Below are positions 12,771-24,474 of a DNA stretch of 64,000 nt, piece after piece. The DNA is from Eledone cirrhosa (taxonomy: Eukaryota). The notes under the pieces are model-generated. The model saw only the letters and a list, made by a program, of their open reading frames with translations. It had not been told where the DNA came from and searched no databases. Numbering within the stretch: position 1 is the stretch's first letter; each line of letters begins with the position of its first letter. The stretch covers positions 105,586,001-105,650,000 of the forward strand of contig OZ024743.1 of the NCBI GenBank assembly GCA_964016885.1, read 5' to 3'. The position numbers were made by a program, and so were the translations under genes.

Positions 12771-15190
12771 ATGAACTCACTCAGAATAGGCAGCATAAAT
12801 GCGTGTGGCTTGGGGTCGTCATGGAAGCACGGCCACCTGTTCAACGACCTCAGGTGACTAAACATAAATGTAGTGGCCATCAGCGAGACCAGAATCTCTG
12901 AAGCACGGGCCTTCGCACCGATCTTCGGCGTCTACGGCTGCGTTGTCAGAGCTAGGGTGCGGGCCTTCAGACACGAGGGGACGAAAGCCGTTCAATGGGC
13001 CCAAGTAGCGGCGGTGCGTTGTGGCAACAAAGCCACGATCCGATCTTTGGTGGACTACGACGAGCGCATGCTACTCGACCCCGGGCAAATGTGTGAAGCT
13101 TTTCAGCGACACTTCGCTCAGCTGTCTGAAGCAGCGGCGGGCCGGATCGAGGGATGGACATTAGTATCTACCTCGACGGAATGCCCCGGCTCTCGGCCAC
13201 TGAGGCGGAGTGTTGCGAAAAGCCGGTAACAGCCGCTGAAGTACGGGAGGCAATGACTGGCTGCACAAGGGGTAAATCGCCTGGTTTGGATGGTCTGCCC
13301 TATGAACTTTACGTACAGATGCCAGACTTGTTCGGAGGCCTCTTGGCGGACGTCTACTACAACTGGCAACAGAACGGGAGAATTCCCAGTTCTGTGAGCC
13401 GAGGAGCGGTGGCGCTGCTGAGAAAGGATCCGAACAAGGGGGATCACATAGATAATTTCAGGTCCATAATTCTGCTAAACACAGAGTTCAAGATTTTAGC
13501 AAAGGTGCTAGCAAAGTTTTTGGCGCTTGTCGTTGGTGGTCTGGTGGGAGAGGCGCAGACATGCGCCCTTCCCGACAGATCCATCCACGACAACCTCCAC
13601 CTCATGGATTTGGGCCCGTCTTCAGGGGCTGGATTGCTGCCATGCACAGCGACATCTGCTCTGTGGTGAGACTGAACGGGCACCTTTCTTAACCGTTCAA
13701 CTTCGTGCGCTCGGTCCGCCAAGGATATCCCCTCTCGTCCCTCTTGTACGTATTGACTCTCGAGCCATTACTGCCCAAACTGGAGACGTTGAGGGGTCCC
13801 GCGCGAACTCGGATGCGGAAGATCCGTGTCAGCATATGCGGACGATGTCACCGTAGTGGTGTCGAACTCCAACACATCGAGGCGATCGGCACTACACTAA
13901 GCGGTGACAGGATCAGTGATCAACCAGGAAAAGTCAGTGGGCCTGCAGCTCGGCACCTGGAGAGGCAGGTCCATGCCGTCCAACAGCGTCGTCGGGCGCT
14001 GGACGTACGGACCGGTCAAATTGCTAGGGGTCTGGTTCGGTCCGGACCTCCAGACGGACAAAAACTGGGACGAGGTGACAAGCATGGTGGCTTCTTCCAC
14101 CCAGAAATGGGCGGAGAGGAAGATATCCCTGAAAGGTCGAGCGGAGGTGGCTAACGCGTACATCGCGTCCGTCATCTACTACCGCCTGAGCGTCGTGCCT
14201 TGTCCTAAGCCCCGCCTGACTGCGCTAGAGCGTTTGCTCTTTCGCTTTTTGTGTAAGGGACGCGCTCCGATGGTCAGGCGGTCCATCTGCTGTCAACACC
14301 CGCTACGTGGAGAGCTGGGCATGCCGTGGCTGATTATGCGCAGACACGCGCAAAGGCTACGACATCTCCACCACTTCCTCGAAGGTGATCAGCTGTGTTC
14401 GCCGTTTGCTAGACGCGTCTTTCCCCAGCTCGTCTTCTTGACGGAGCTGCAGTCCTGTGTCAAGCGAAGACCGAGAGGGAGCGCTTGGAGACTGGAATGT
14501 CTTCAGGCGCTCACAGCCCTTGACCAATCGGGCAATGTGATCTGTGGAAACTCCACCTTGGCGTTCTATAGAGGATTAGTGGAGAGGAAGAGCGCCGACG
14601 TGCTTGGGGAAACTCTAGGCGTCGACGAAAATCAACTAGCCAATCTCTTCGGAAGAACTTTCGGGCCGGGGCTTATGGACAACTTCCAGAAATCCCTTGT
14701 CTTGCTGTGCTACCGAGGAGCTTATCCAGTTCGAGATAAACTCTACAGGCATGGAGGTGCCGTCAGCCGGGCATGTCCGAGATGTGCGCAGGGCGACGAA
14801 ACTGTCCTGCACGCACTCGTCCAGTGTCCGAGCAATGCTGACTTTTGGGTTTATTTCGAACACCTGCTGTCGCGTGTAGGACGGATCCAGCTATCAGCTG
14901 AGTCCATCGTGAGGATTGCCCCGCCCTTTTCCTTTAGCCGGGAAGGGCAGGCAGTTTTTATCTGTCTGGTGGCCATGGCGAAAGAGATAGTATTGTGGAT
15001 ACGTTTGAAAGGGCTGAAGACGACCACTTACCTCTTCGGTGATGCCCTGATTAACTTTTTCAAATTTCAATTGAAAAGGAAAATCAGGGTAGAGAGGAAA
15101 GTGCTCTCTTCCCAGCATTTTGTTGAAAGATGGGTGAAAGAAGCAAGTATGGCCCGAGTGAATGGGCCTACTCTGAGTATGTGTCTGTAA
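12771..15190 (+). pseudogene. Tx1 ORF2 (APE-RT-CCHC), deleted and frameshifted
   Basis: MNSLRIGSINACGL...VAISET (APE start), KSPGLDGLPYELY, NFRSIILLNTEFKILAK, SVRQGYPLS, AYADD (frameshifted) and CPRCAQGDETVLHALVQC. Confidence 0.9.
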
Positions 15191-15453
15191 ATTAAAGGTG
15201 GAAAACTGGAACAGGGCACTTGCCTTGGTGGTCCGGGTCACTGTGGCCTTTTAATGGGTTTTCTCCACAAATGTCTCTCGGAAGTCTCCATCCTATTGGG
15301 GAATTTTTCATTGTTATTTTTTTTATTACATCCTCTGATTTTTTTACACGCAGATATGCCCATTTGTATCATCCTGTATTGTCCTGTACTGTCCTTAATG
15401 TCTACTTTATTTAAACCCATGTGGTTAATAAAGAAAGCATTATTATTATTATT

Positions 15454-16360
15454 GGGCAAGTGCGATGACGCACTCGGAGAAGCTTTGGGCCTCGACGAAG
15501 TCGAACTGACCAGTCTGTACCGGAGGACTTTTGAGCCGGGACGATGGACAATTTCTAGAAATCCCTCGCTTGGCAGTGCTACAGGGGGGCAATGCCGGTT
15601 CGGGATAAACTCTACAGGCACGGAAGTGCTGTCAGACGGACCTGCCCAAGATGCGCACAGAACGACGAAACCGTTCTGCACGCACTTGTCCAATGTCCGT
15701 GCATTACTGACTTGTGGAGTTATGTCGAACAGCTACTGTTGCGTGTGGAACGAATCCAGTTATCGGCCGAGTCCATAGTGAAGATCGAGCCGCCACCTTC
15801 CTTAGGTCAGGAAGAGCAGGACATTTTCCTCTGTCTGGTGGCAGTTGCGAAAGAGATTATATGGTGGACCAGGTTGAAAGGACTAAAGACAGACACTTTT
15901 CTCTTCGGCCAATCCCTCATCAACTTCTTCAAGTTTCACCTGGAAAGGAGGGTGAGGGTGGAGAGAGAAGTGCTGCCTCCAGTACATTTGCTAAAAGGTG
16001 GGTGAATGTGGCGAGAATGGCTCGTGTGAATGGGCCTACTCTGACCATGCGCCTATAGGCTGGCTAACCTGAGGAGAGGGGTGCTCTCCCGGGTGCCCTA
16101 GAAGCGCAGGGTGGTTCAGGATTGGTGGGGTACCCGAATCACCCCAGGGTCGTCCACCCCCTATCGGGGAATTTATTTTGTTATATTTATGCATAGTTTA
16201 TTTTATATTTTTATATTTTCATTGTTAAATTAGTCTTGCCATTGAGCACTTTTACTCGACCTTATTGTAAACCCCCACTGTCCCTATCTTTGTATTGTCC
16301 CCTACATGTCGGCCTTTGTGGCTAATAAATGAAATCATTATTATTATTATTATTATTATC
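15454..16360 (+). mobile_element. 5'-truncated Tx1 LINE (copy B, different subfamily)
   Basis: ORF 15592-16005 has CPRCAQNDETVLHALVQC. Distinct 3' UTR. Starts directly after copy A's ATT tail and ends in (ATT)n. Confidence 0.85.
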
Positions 16361-16403
16361 TTTATCATTATTATCATTTTGAAAAAAGGCTAAATTTAAC
16401 GCA

Positions 16404-16479
<76 letters not shown>

Positions 16480-16628
16480 CATGAATATATATATACATAT
16501 ATATACATATATATATATTTATATATATATATATGTATCTATGTATATATATATATATATAAATATATATATATTATATATATACATGAATATATATATA
16601 CATATATGTACACACATATATATATATA

Positions 16629-16692
<64 letters not shown>

Positions 16693-17119
16693 TGTATATA
16701 TATGTATATAAAGTCATATTAAGTTAGTATTCCACATGTGAAATTAAATATTTTTTGTTAGATATACCCCATGTACGTTACTGTTTTACTTTTATTTTTC
16801 TACTTGTTATTTGGTAAACACTATGTAGTTGTTAAATTCACCAGTCTAATATTTCGATGGTTACCAATGGGGTATTGCTCTTGTTAAAAGCATTTGCTTG
16901 AAACTGATGCCATATATAAAGATTATGATGGGACGTCTTTGCGGTTAAGTTTGCCGCTCTACAATAGTACGGAAGTGAGATTGTTTCCTTCCGGCTGCTT
17001 TATCTTTATTTTACGTTGCTCTTGTGCATTCACACTCAGCAGGGAAATATGTGTTGTACTTATAGTGAAAAGGGAACTGAGTCTATTTTGGTTTCTATAG
17101 GCCGTCCAAAATGTTGCAA

Positions 17120-17159
<40 letters not shown>

Positions 17160-17162
<3 letters not shown>

Positions 17163-17285
17163 AACCAGTAAGACCCCATGCTACGCCTACCGTGTGCCCT
17201 CACTATTATTACCCACTCTACTACCTCAAGTATTGAGTACTTTGGTGCGTTATGGTCCACCTGGTTCCTTACCACTTTTCCTTCG

Positions 17286-17290
<5 letters not shown>
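17160..17290 (-). repeat. Copy of the short (TA)n-inserted repeat family (see 9452)
   Basis: Reverse complement matches 9452-9515; flanked by (TA)n on both sides. Confidence 0.8.
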
Positions 17291-17319
<29 letters not shown>

Positions 17320-17481
17320 CAATTGCAATTATAAATATTTGAAAATGAGCCTGGTGTTTTTATTTACAGAAGTGAATTTAACGTGTTTATTGAATAGAAA
17401 TTCGTCCATACAAAATGTGTCATAGGACTTTTTTTATAAAAGGGTCTTTGGTTATGGAGTCAAATTCTTCCTATTTTTGTA

Positions 17482-17613
<132 letters not shown>

Positions 17614-17989
17614 TGGAAGTGGAAAAGAGAATATAGTTTTAGAAATCAGGATTTTTAGTTTCCATTTGTAATGTGAGTTATACTTTTGTCTGGCTATATT
17701 ATCACATATAAATCCTATTGGAAAAGTATGCAATCCAGAAGTATAGATAGATTGGATACATATTAAATCAACGAATTGTCATTTGCAGCTGTTTATGAAA
17801 AATGGTCGAAATTAGAATTTGCAATATTATTGAATTGGTTTCATAATAATCCAGGTGTCCATGTGTTTCTGTATATTTTATGCTATATATATATATTAGA
17901 TATCTGTTTTTCTCTCTCTCTTTCTCTCTCTCTATCTAAACACACACACACACACACCCACACCCACACCCACACCCGTATATATATAT

Positions 17990-18042
<53 letters not shown>

Positions 18043-18276
18043 AATCAATCTATCTATATATCTCTTTCTACATATATATTTATTCCAAATGGGCTGAATA
18101 AATACACGCGTGCTTTTTCGCAAGAAATTTTAGTATTCATTTTCCTTCTTACATTTTATCTTTCGATTTCATCTATTATTTCTAATTCTATGGTCTGATG
18201 AAGGATTACTGTCCGAAACATAACGAAACTTTTACTAAAATATCTAGAGTTTAACGAAGGAAAGCTTTCCAATTTT

Positions 18277-18366
18277 ATTATTGGTCTATTATGCAAATTA
18301 GTGTCGGGATTTAATGTATGGGATTTAAACCTCTCCTACACTAATTTGCATAATAGACCAATAATA
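18277..18366. repeat. Foldback inverted repeat upstream of a hammerhead
   Basis: TATTATTGGTCTATTATGCAAATTAGTGT ... ACACTAATTTGCATAATAGACCAATAATA. Confidence 0.85.
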
Positions 18367-18461
18367 CAATTAGTAACCCCACTATCCGTGAGCTTCCAAC
18401 AGACATGGCCGCATTCTTTTAAGTGTATGTCAATATTTGTTTATAAAACTGATCTATATTA

Positions 18462-18526
18462 TATTTTATCTGATGAAAGCGCACCATAATTTGCTTTGGT
18501 GTCCTTGAAATATGTATAATGAAATA
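18462..18526 (+). ncRNA. Type I hammerhead ribozyme motif
   Basis: TATTTTAT-CTGATGA-AAGCGCACCA(loop)TGGTGTCCTT-GAAA-TATGTA-TA-ATGAAATA; 8-bp stem I fully paired (one G-U). Confidence 0.85.
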
Positions 18527-18618
18527 AATATGGTTTTATAAATATAGTTTCCATTTATTAATATATTGTATATATATATATATATATATACATACACACA
18601 CACACATATATATATATA

Positions 18619-19548
18619 CTAGCAGTAAAGCCCGGCGTTGCTTGGGGTCGCTCAGTAGCTGTGTTAAAGTTACAATGCTAAGTTTCTTTCTTGGCTTAAA
18701 AACTGTAGTGTCTACTGTGCAGACTTGCATGTGGTGTTTTTGATTAATATTCCCTCAACCAACAATATGCCTTATGAAGTTAAGAAAACATAACGATAAC
18801 CCGAATGTTATAACAAAAGAGGATGCTGGGGATAAAAACTGCACTGGTTATTTATTAACAAAGATCGAAAATGTAAACACTGCAACGCAGAGAAAAACAT
18901 TAGCGTAACCAAATTATCAGTTATGTCTGTCTGCACGCCTATATGACCTCTCTGCACGACTGTCTGTCTGCACGCCTATATCACCTCTCTGCACGACTGT
19001 CTGTCTGCACGCCTATATCACCTCTCTGCACGACTGTCTGTCTGCACGCCTATATCACCTCTCTGCACGACTATCTGTCTGCACGCGTATATCACCTCTC
19101 TGCACGACTGTCTGTCTGCACGCCTAACGACGAAATATTTGCTTGTTTTACGTAGTCTTTAAATAGACTTGTTTTCAAGTAAAAATATTGTTTTAAAATG
19201 CTTTTAAATGGAAATGAAGCAAAACGGAAGCTTAGTGTTCGAACTGATGAATTTTGCAGGTCAATATTTTGCTGGCTCGACAACTGTTCGTGTATTGTAA
19301 TTTTTTACGTAAGACGCTCAATGTAAACAGAACAAAGGGAAATAACTGATAACTTACGCTCAAAAATCGATACATTATATTTGATTTCGTCACATAGGGT
19401 GGGTCAATTTGAAATTTTTTTTTTCCGATGTCTTCGCTAGGGCTCAATGTACAAGTATAGCAATTTCGGTGCAATTCCGTGAGAGATTCTAAGAGGAGAT
19501 GTGTGCCAAAAATCGATAGACAGACAACCACAGTTTTATATATATAGA
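18619..19548 (-). mobile_element. Non-autonomous Helitron
   Basis: Minus strand: A|TCTATATATATAAAAC start, CCAAGCAACGCCGGG hairpin and CTAG|T end. Confidence 0.85.
18925..19125. repeat. 37-bp minisatellite (~5.5 units) inside the Helitron
   Basis: Unit CTGTCTGTCTGCACGCCTATATCACCTCTCTGCACGA. Confidence 0.9.
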
Positions 19549-19984
19549 TTAGTAATAGGTAATTTTTCGAGAGTAAAAAGAAAAGCACGAGGTGTGCGAA
19601 ATTTAAGCGCAATCGGACAACTGTGAGGCGACACTCAAACGCGTTGAAGTTGGAGCAGTATACGCAAGGATTAACTCTGTACAAAAGTGGTATACTGTTC
19701 CCTATCTCGACCATTTTCTTTTTTTCTACTTAGAGAAATTTATGTGGACGCATCCAGGCAACGCTAGCAAATGTTTAAAAACTTTCTGAATCAAATATAC
19801 GAATAGTTAGGTTGAAAAATGTCTGATATAACATGAACAACTTAAGAAATATTAGGTTTTCTTAATAAAGCACACAACTTCTTTAAGAGCAACGCATTTT
19901 TATTTACAACAATAATTTGTATAGAATCAAAAACATAATGTGAATACTGAACACTGAATATTGGACATTATTTTGGTATAAGAA

Positions 19985-20172
19985 GGCAGTGGATTGGCAG
20001 TATCGGTAGAGGATCGGACGCCATGCTTTGAAGCATAGAGTTACCTCCCTTTATGATCTAAGTTCAAATCCCGCCGAGGTTAACTTTGCTTTTCATCCTT
20101 ACAGGATCGATAAAATAATGTACGAGTACTACACTAGGATAATTGCTGGCCTTGTGCCAAAAGTAGAAACAA
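19985..20172 (+). mobile_element. tRNA-headed SINE, family 1
   Basis: TGGCAGTATCGGTAGA A box, GTTCAAATCCC B box, TTTCATCCTTAC..GATAAAATAA, 3' GTGCCAAAAGTAGAAAC; decayed TSD TTATTTTG..ATAAGA. Confidence 0.85.
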
Positions 20173-20525
20173 TTATTTTGTCATAAGAGAGGATTTGGTA
20201 GCAGTTGGGTAGGTTTTACGGTTTTCGGTAACAATCTGTAAAACAAATTGTTCCTCAGTTTCATCTTTTGTTAGAATGTTATTGTAATCCTGAATGAGTT
20301 TGACAATTCTTTCTGCGACATCATCTCAACAACTGTCTTCTCAAGTTTTTCATGTCCACTTTAGGAACCAGGATCATCCTTCCATGTTGAAGGGTCTTAG
20401 TCGAGGAAATCGGTGCTGATAGAAAATCTCGCGAAGAAAGTTTTTGTACCAGGATTTACAAAAGACGAAAACTCGATGTTTGTAAAGGAAATCATTTTAG
20501 TGCAGAATGTACCTGATCAATTGAT

Positions 20526-20930
20526 TCTTCTTCTTCTTCTTCTTCTTCTTCTTCTTCTTCTTCTTCTTCTTCTTCTTCTTCTTCTTCTTCTTCTTCTTCT
20601 TCTTCTTCTTCTTCTTCTTCTTCTTCTTCTTCTTCTTCTTCTTCTTCTTCTTCTTCTTCTTCTTCTTCTTCTTCTTCTTCTTTGTCTTCAATTTGAGCAA
20701 TTAACCTCTTCTTGCTCTCCTTACTCTCGCTTTCTCCTTGCTCTCCTTGCTCGCCTTTTCTCCTTGCTCTCCTTTTATCCTTACCCGCCTTGCTCTCCTT
20801 ATTCTCCTTTTCTCATTGCTCTCCTTCTCTCCTTCTATTCTTTCTCTCATTGCTCTTCTTCTTGCTCTACTTGCTCTCCTTTTATCGTTGCTCTCCTTGC
20901 TCTCCTTGCTCTCATTGCTCTCCTTTTCTC
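20526..20930. repeat. (CTT)n microsatellite followed by a degenerate TTGCTCTCC repeat
   Basis: Pure CTT run 20526-20681, then pyrimidine-rich 9-10-mer repeats. Confidence 0.9.
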
Positions 20931-20997
20931 CTCATATCTATGTACTTGTTTATATAAATATACAAGGAGGCATATGAAAGCAATGATAGTAAGTAGA

Positions 20998-21044
<47 letters not shown>

Positions 21045-21256
21045 AGTATGTATACGTACATACATATATGTATACAGACGTACAGTAGTATGTATATATA
21101 TATATATATATATACATGCACACATATATATATATGTACGTATGGATTCACCGAACTTTTATTATAATGCTCGGTGTGTTTCTAAACAAACATCCCGTAT
21201 TAAGCCGTAGTGTCTAGCAACCATCGTTGCTCGTTTGTTTAACCCTGACAAAGGAA

Positions 21257-21297
21257 CGCTGTACTAGTTTCAAGCTTATTAGCTATCGTCAGCAACG
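21257..21297 (-). ncRNA. Minimal type I hammerhead ribozyme (inverted copy)
   Basis: Exact reverse complement of 21659-21699. Confidence 0.85.
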
Positions 21298-21658
21298 TAT
21301 ACCTTCCTGCCAGATGATTGAACGTCTGAAAGTATATACTGTCCTTATGCATATTAACGGCTGAGCAGCCTAATTTGCATATCGACTGAGTTAATCGGCC
21401 GGGGTCTGTACGTCTGGAAACATATATGTATGTACGTATACGCCTGGAAACATATATGTATGTACGTATACATACTTATATTTAAGTAACAGCCGTACTA
21501 AGAGTGAGAAATGAAATTTCGTTTCATTTTTTCCGTTTATCGTTTTCGGTACCCCGGCCGATTAACTCACTCGATATGCAAATTAGGCTGCTCAGACTTA
21601 AATATGCATAAGGAAAGTATATACTTTCAGACGTTCAATCATCTGGCAGGAAGGTATA

Positions 21659-21699
21659 CGTTGCTGACGATAGCTAATAAGCTTGAAACTAGTACAGCG
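21659..21699 (+). ncRNA. Minimal type I hammerhead ribozyme
   Basis: CGTTG-CTGACGA-TAGCT-AATA-AGCTT-GAAA-CTAG-TA-CAGCG. Palindromic stem III ACTAGT; predicted GUA cleavage after 21694. Confidence 0.9.
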
Positions 21700-21981
21700 T
21701 TCCTTTATCAGGGTTGAACAAATGAGCAACGATGGCTGCTAGACAGTGTACGACTTAATTCGGGATGTTTGTTTACAAACACACCGAGCATTATAATAAA
21801 TGTTCGGTGAATCCATACGTACATATATATATATATATATGTGTGCATGTATGTATATATATATATATATATATACATACTACTGTACGTCTGTATACAT
21901 ATATGTATGTACGTGTACATACTTATATTTAAGTAACAGCCGTACTAAGAGTGAGAAATGAAATTTCGTTTCATTTTTTCC

Positions 21982-22034
<53 letters not shown>

Positions 22035-22143
22035 CTCAATAACTATTACTCATTTCTCTCAGCTGTCAAGCATGTTTATATGTATATATAATAAAATAAT
22101 AATAATAATATTTATAGTTATGTATACACTATATACAACTATA

Positions 22144-22729
22144 AACAGGAAAGGTCAGTAATTCATTACTACCTTATTACCAGTAAGGAAAATAGCTTAT
22201 TGTAAATACATCAGCTGTTTTACAGATTAGGAATATAAATTACACAATAATCAAAGTTATGTTCAAGTCATTTTATTGCTGACAATCGTTTCTTTCAAAC
22301 TTTCTTTTAATTATATATGCCTAGTACCAGTGCTTGTTTCCTTCCTGTATATGCCTAACGCATTTGCACTCTCTATACGCTTGCATATGTACTGTTAGTG
22401 TCCTCGTTTTACGAGTAACTTTCTACCTTAATGCCTCTTTAATTATTGTACTATTCCCTTGTAAACTCTGTCGCATGCATTCCACTCTGTGCCTTTTTAA
22501 TTTTAATTATTGTACAATTCTCTTGTAATCTATGTCGCATCCATTCCACTCTAAATACGAAAATGTTGTTGACAACATGAATATCCATGTATCTATATGA
22601 TTGTTCAGTTGCATAGGAGGTTAACTATATGTACAAACATTGCTAGTGCTCCGATGACTCCAAACGAAAGTTTGGAAGAAACGATTTTCAGCAATAAAAT
22701 GATTTGAACATAGCTTTGATTATTGTGTA

Positions 22730-22735
<6 letters not shown>
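22144..22735. mobile_element. PLE-like foldback element in (TA)n with CCGATGA hammerhead variant
   Basis: 22235-22302 is inverted relative to 22666-22735. HHR-like 22647-22693: TGCT-CCGATGA-CTCCAAAC-GAAA-GTTTGGAA-GAAA-CGATTT-TC-AGCA. Confidence 0.7.
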
Positions 22736-22808
<73 letters not shown>

Positions 22809-22991
22809 TGTGTATGTGTGTGTGTGTGTCTGTGTGTGTTTGTGTGTGTGTGTGTGTGTGTTTGTGTGTGTATGTATACACCTATACATTTATACATGTG
22901 AGTATATTTCTCTCTCTGTCGCTCTTTTCATGCAGCTATGCATATATGTCTGCCATTGTTTCAGTTTTTAAAATGTCAACTACACGTAATA

Positions 22992-23112
22992 ATTGTTTCT
23001 ACTTTTGGCACAAGGCTAGCAATTACCTCAGTGCATTACTGGTGCTTTATTTTATCAACCCCATAAGGATGAAAGGCAAAGTTAACCTCGGTGGAATTTG
23101 AACTCAGATCGT
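22992..23112 (-). mobile_element. SINE family 1, 5'-truncated
   Basis: Reverse complement of the 3' part of 31871-32057. Confidence 0.8.
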
Positions 23113-24396
23113 AACAATAATATTCAATCCCTCTAACTAATACCTGAGAAATTTTGAAATTAACTCCATGATATAGAAATTTGTACAACCTATGACATGC
23201 TTCTCACAATCTCCCCTATTTCCCTTTTCTCGATTAGAAATAACCTTGATCCTGCTCTAGCAGATGATCTACTATTAATATCGTCTGAGTTTCGGAACAT
23301 AAATTACACAAACTTTATTAGTCGATATTATGTATAGTCTCATAGACAATTCTATATCAAACAGTACCAATTGTTGAAAATTATGCAAAATTTCATATCC
23401 AATAAGTAAAATAATTGATGTATTTAGTGCATATTTTGAGATCAGCAATTGTCAGTGAGAACTAGAAACATCATATTCAGAATTACATGAACCACCACCT
23501 TGTAAGGTTTTGTAGACAATAATGTGTTTTATAACTGATATAAGATTTTCTAGGAGATCCAGCTATTGGATTTCAACTTTCCAGTGGGAAATTTGTAGGC
23601 ATTTGTTTCATTTGCGCTCGAACTTAGATATATGTATAAAAAATAATAATGTTCTCCGGCATACCTAAGAATATAGTGTATCTGTAACATTTCCAGATAT
23701 ATAAACAATGCATGAAACGGAGCAGATACATTCAAATAGAATTTTTATACAGCTTAAAGTAAATTAAAATATAAAATAAACAACCTTTCTTAAGCTGTTT
23801 GTCATAACATGAATCGATACACTTGTATAGTGATTATGTTTCAATGAAGAGATATATATACAAACAATTATCAGACTTTAACATTTCAATATATCCTAAA
23901 TAGTAGTTTCCGTTTAATATAATGCAGTCAAATAGGAAGAATGGAATAATATTCATATAACCAGAACATATTTTCCAAGTAAAGGGTTCGTTCGAATTGC
24001 CTTACATATTGACTTCATGTACATCCTTATCTCCAGGGAAATGGAAGCAGAAAGTTAGTGTTATATAATTGCAGTAATGATTATATTATTTTGTGTGATA
24101 TTCCCATATTGGTTAACAGGTTATCAGAGTAAATATTCCCAGACAGCTACTCAATCATATGGTAAAGTCTGCAAGAAAAAACTGAACATTGACTTTTAAT
24201 ATTGATTTTAGTAGACCTTCCGAACGACAGGCACACGCAAACCCACCATATATGTATCGTCATCACTGGATTGATTTGCTTTCCAATGTTGCTTTTACTT
24301 TTGACCATTTGCATAAATCCTTATACAAACACACGCACACACACGTACGCACAACCACACACACACACACAGACACACACACACACTCCCCCCCCC

Positions 24397-24474
<78 letters not shown>

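Larger units (their letters stand above)
10364..15453 (+). mobile_element. Tx1-clade (L1 group) LINE, near full length, internally deleted (copy A)
   Basis: ORF1 and ORF2 remnants and a 3' UTR; flanked by (ATT)n at 10328-10363 and 15440-15453. Confidence 0.9.
21043..21985 (+). mobile_element. Non-coding PLE-derived element: ~365-bp inverted pLTR pair plus partial tandem copy, inserted in (TA)n
   Basis: 21043-21405 is inverted relative to 21551-21925. 21450-21540 is directly repeated at 21898-21987. Each arm carries a hammerhead. Confidence 0.85.

Noticed and set aside
18925-19125. 37-bp repeat as a possible CRISPR array
   Set aside because: Units are head-to-tail with no unique spacers, inside a Helitron in eukaryotic DNA.
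19985-20075. A/B-box sequences as tRNA genes
   Set aside because: No full cloverleaf; they are multi-copy SINE heads with TSDs.
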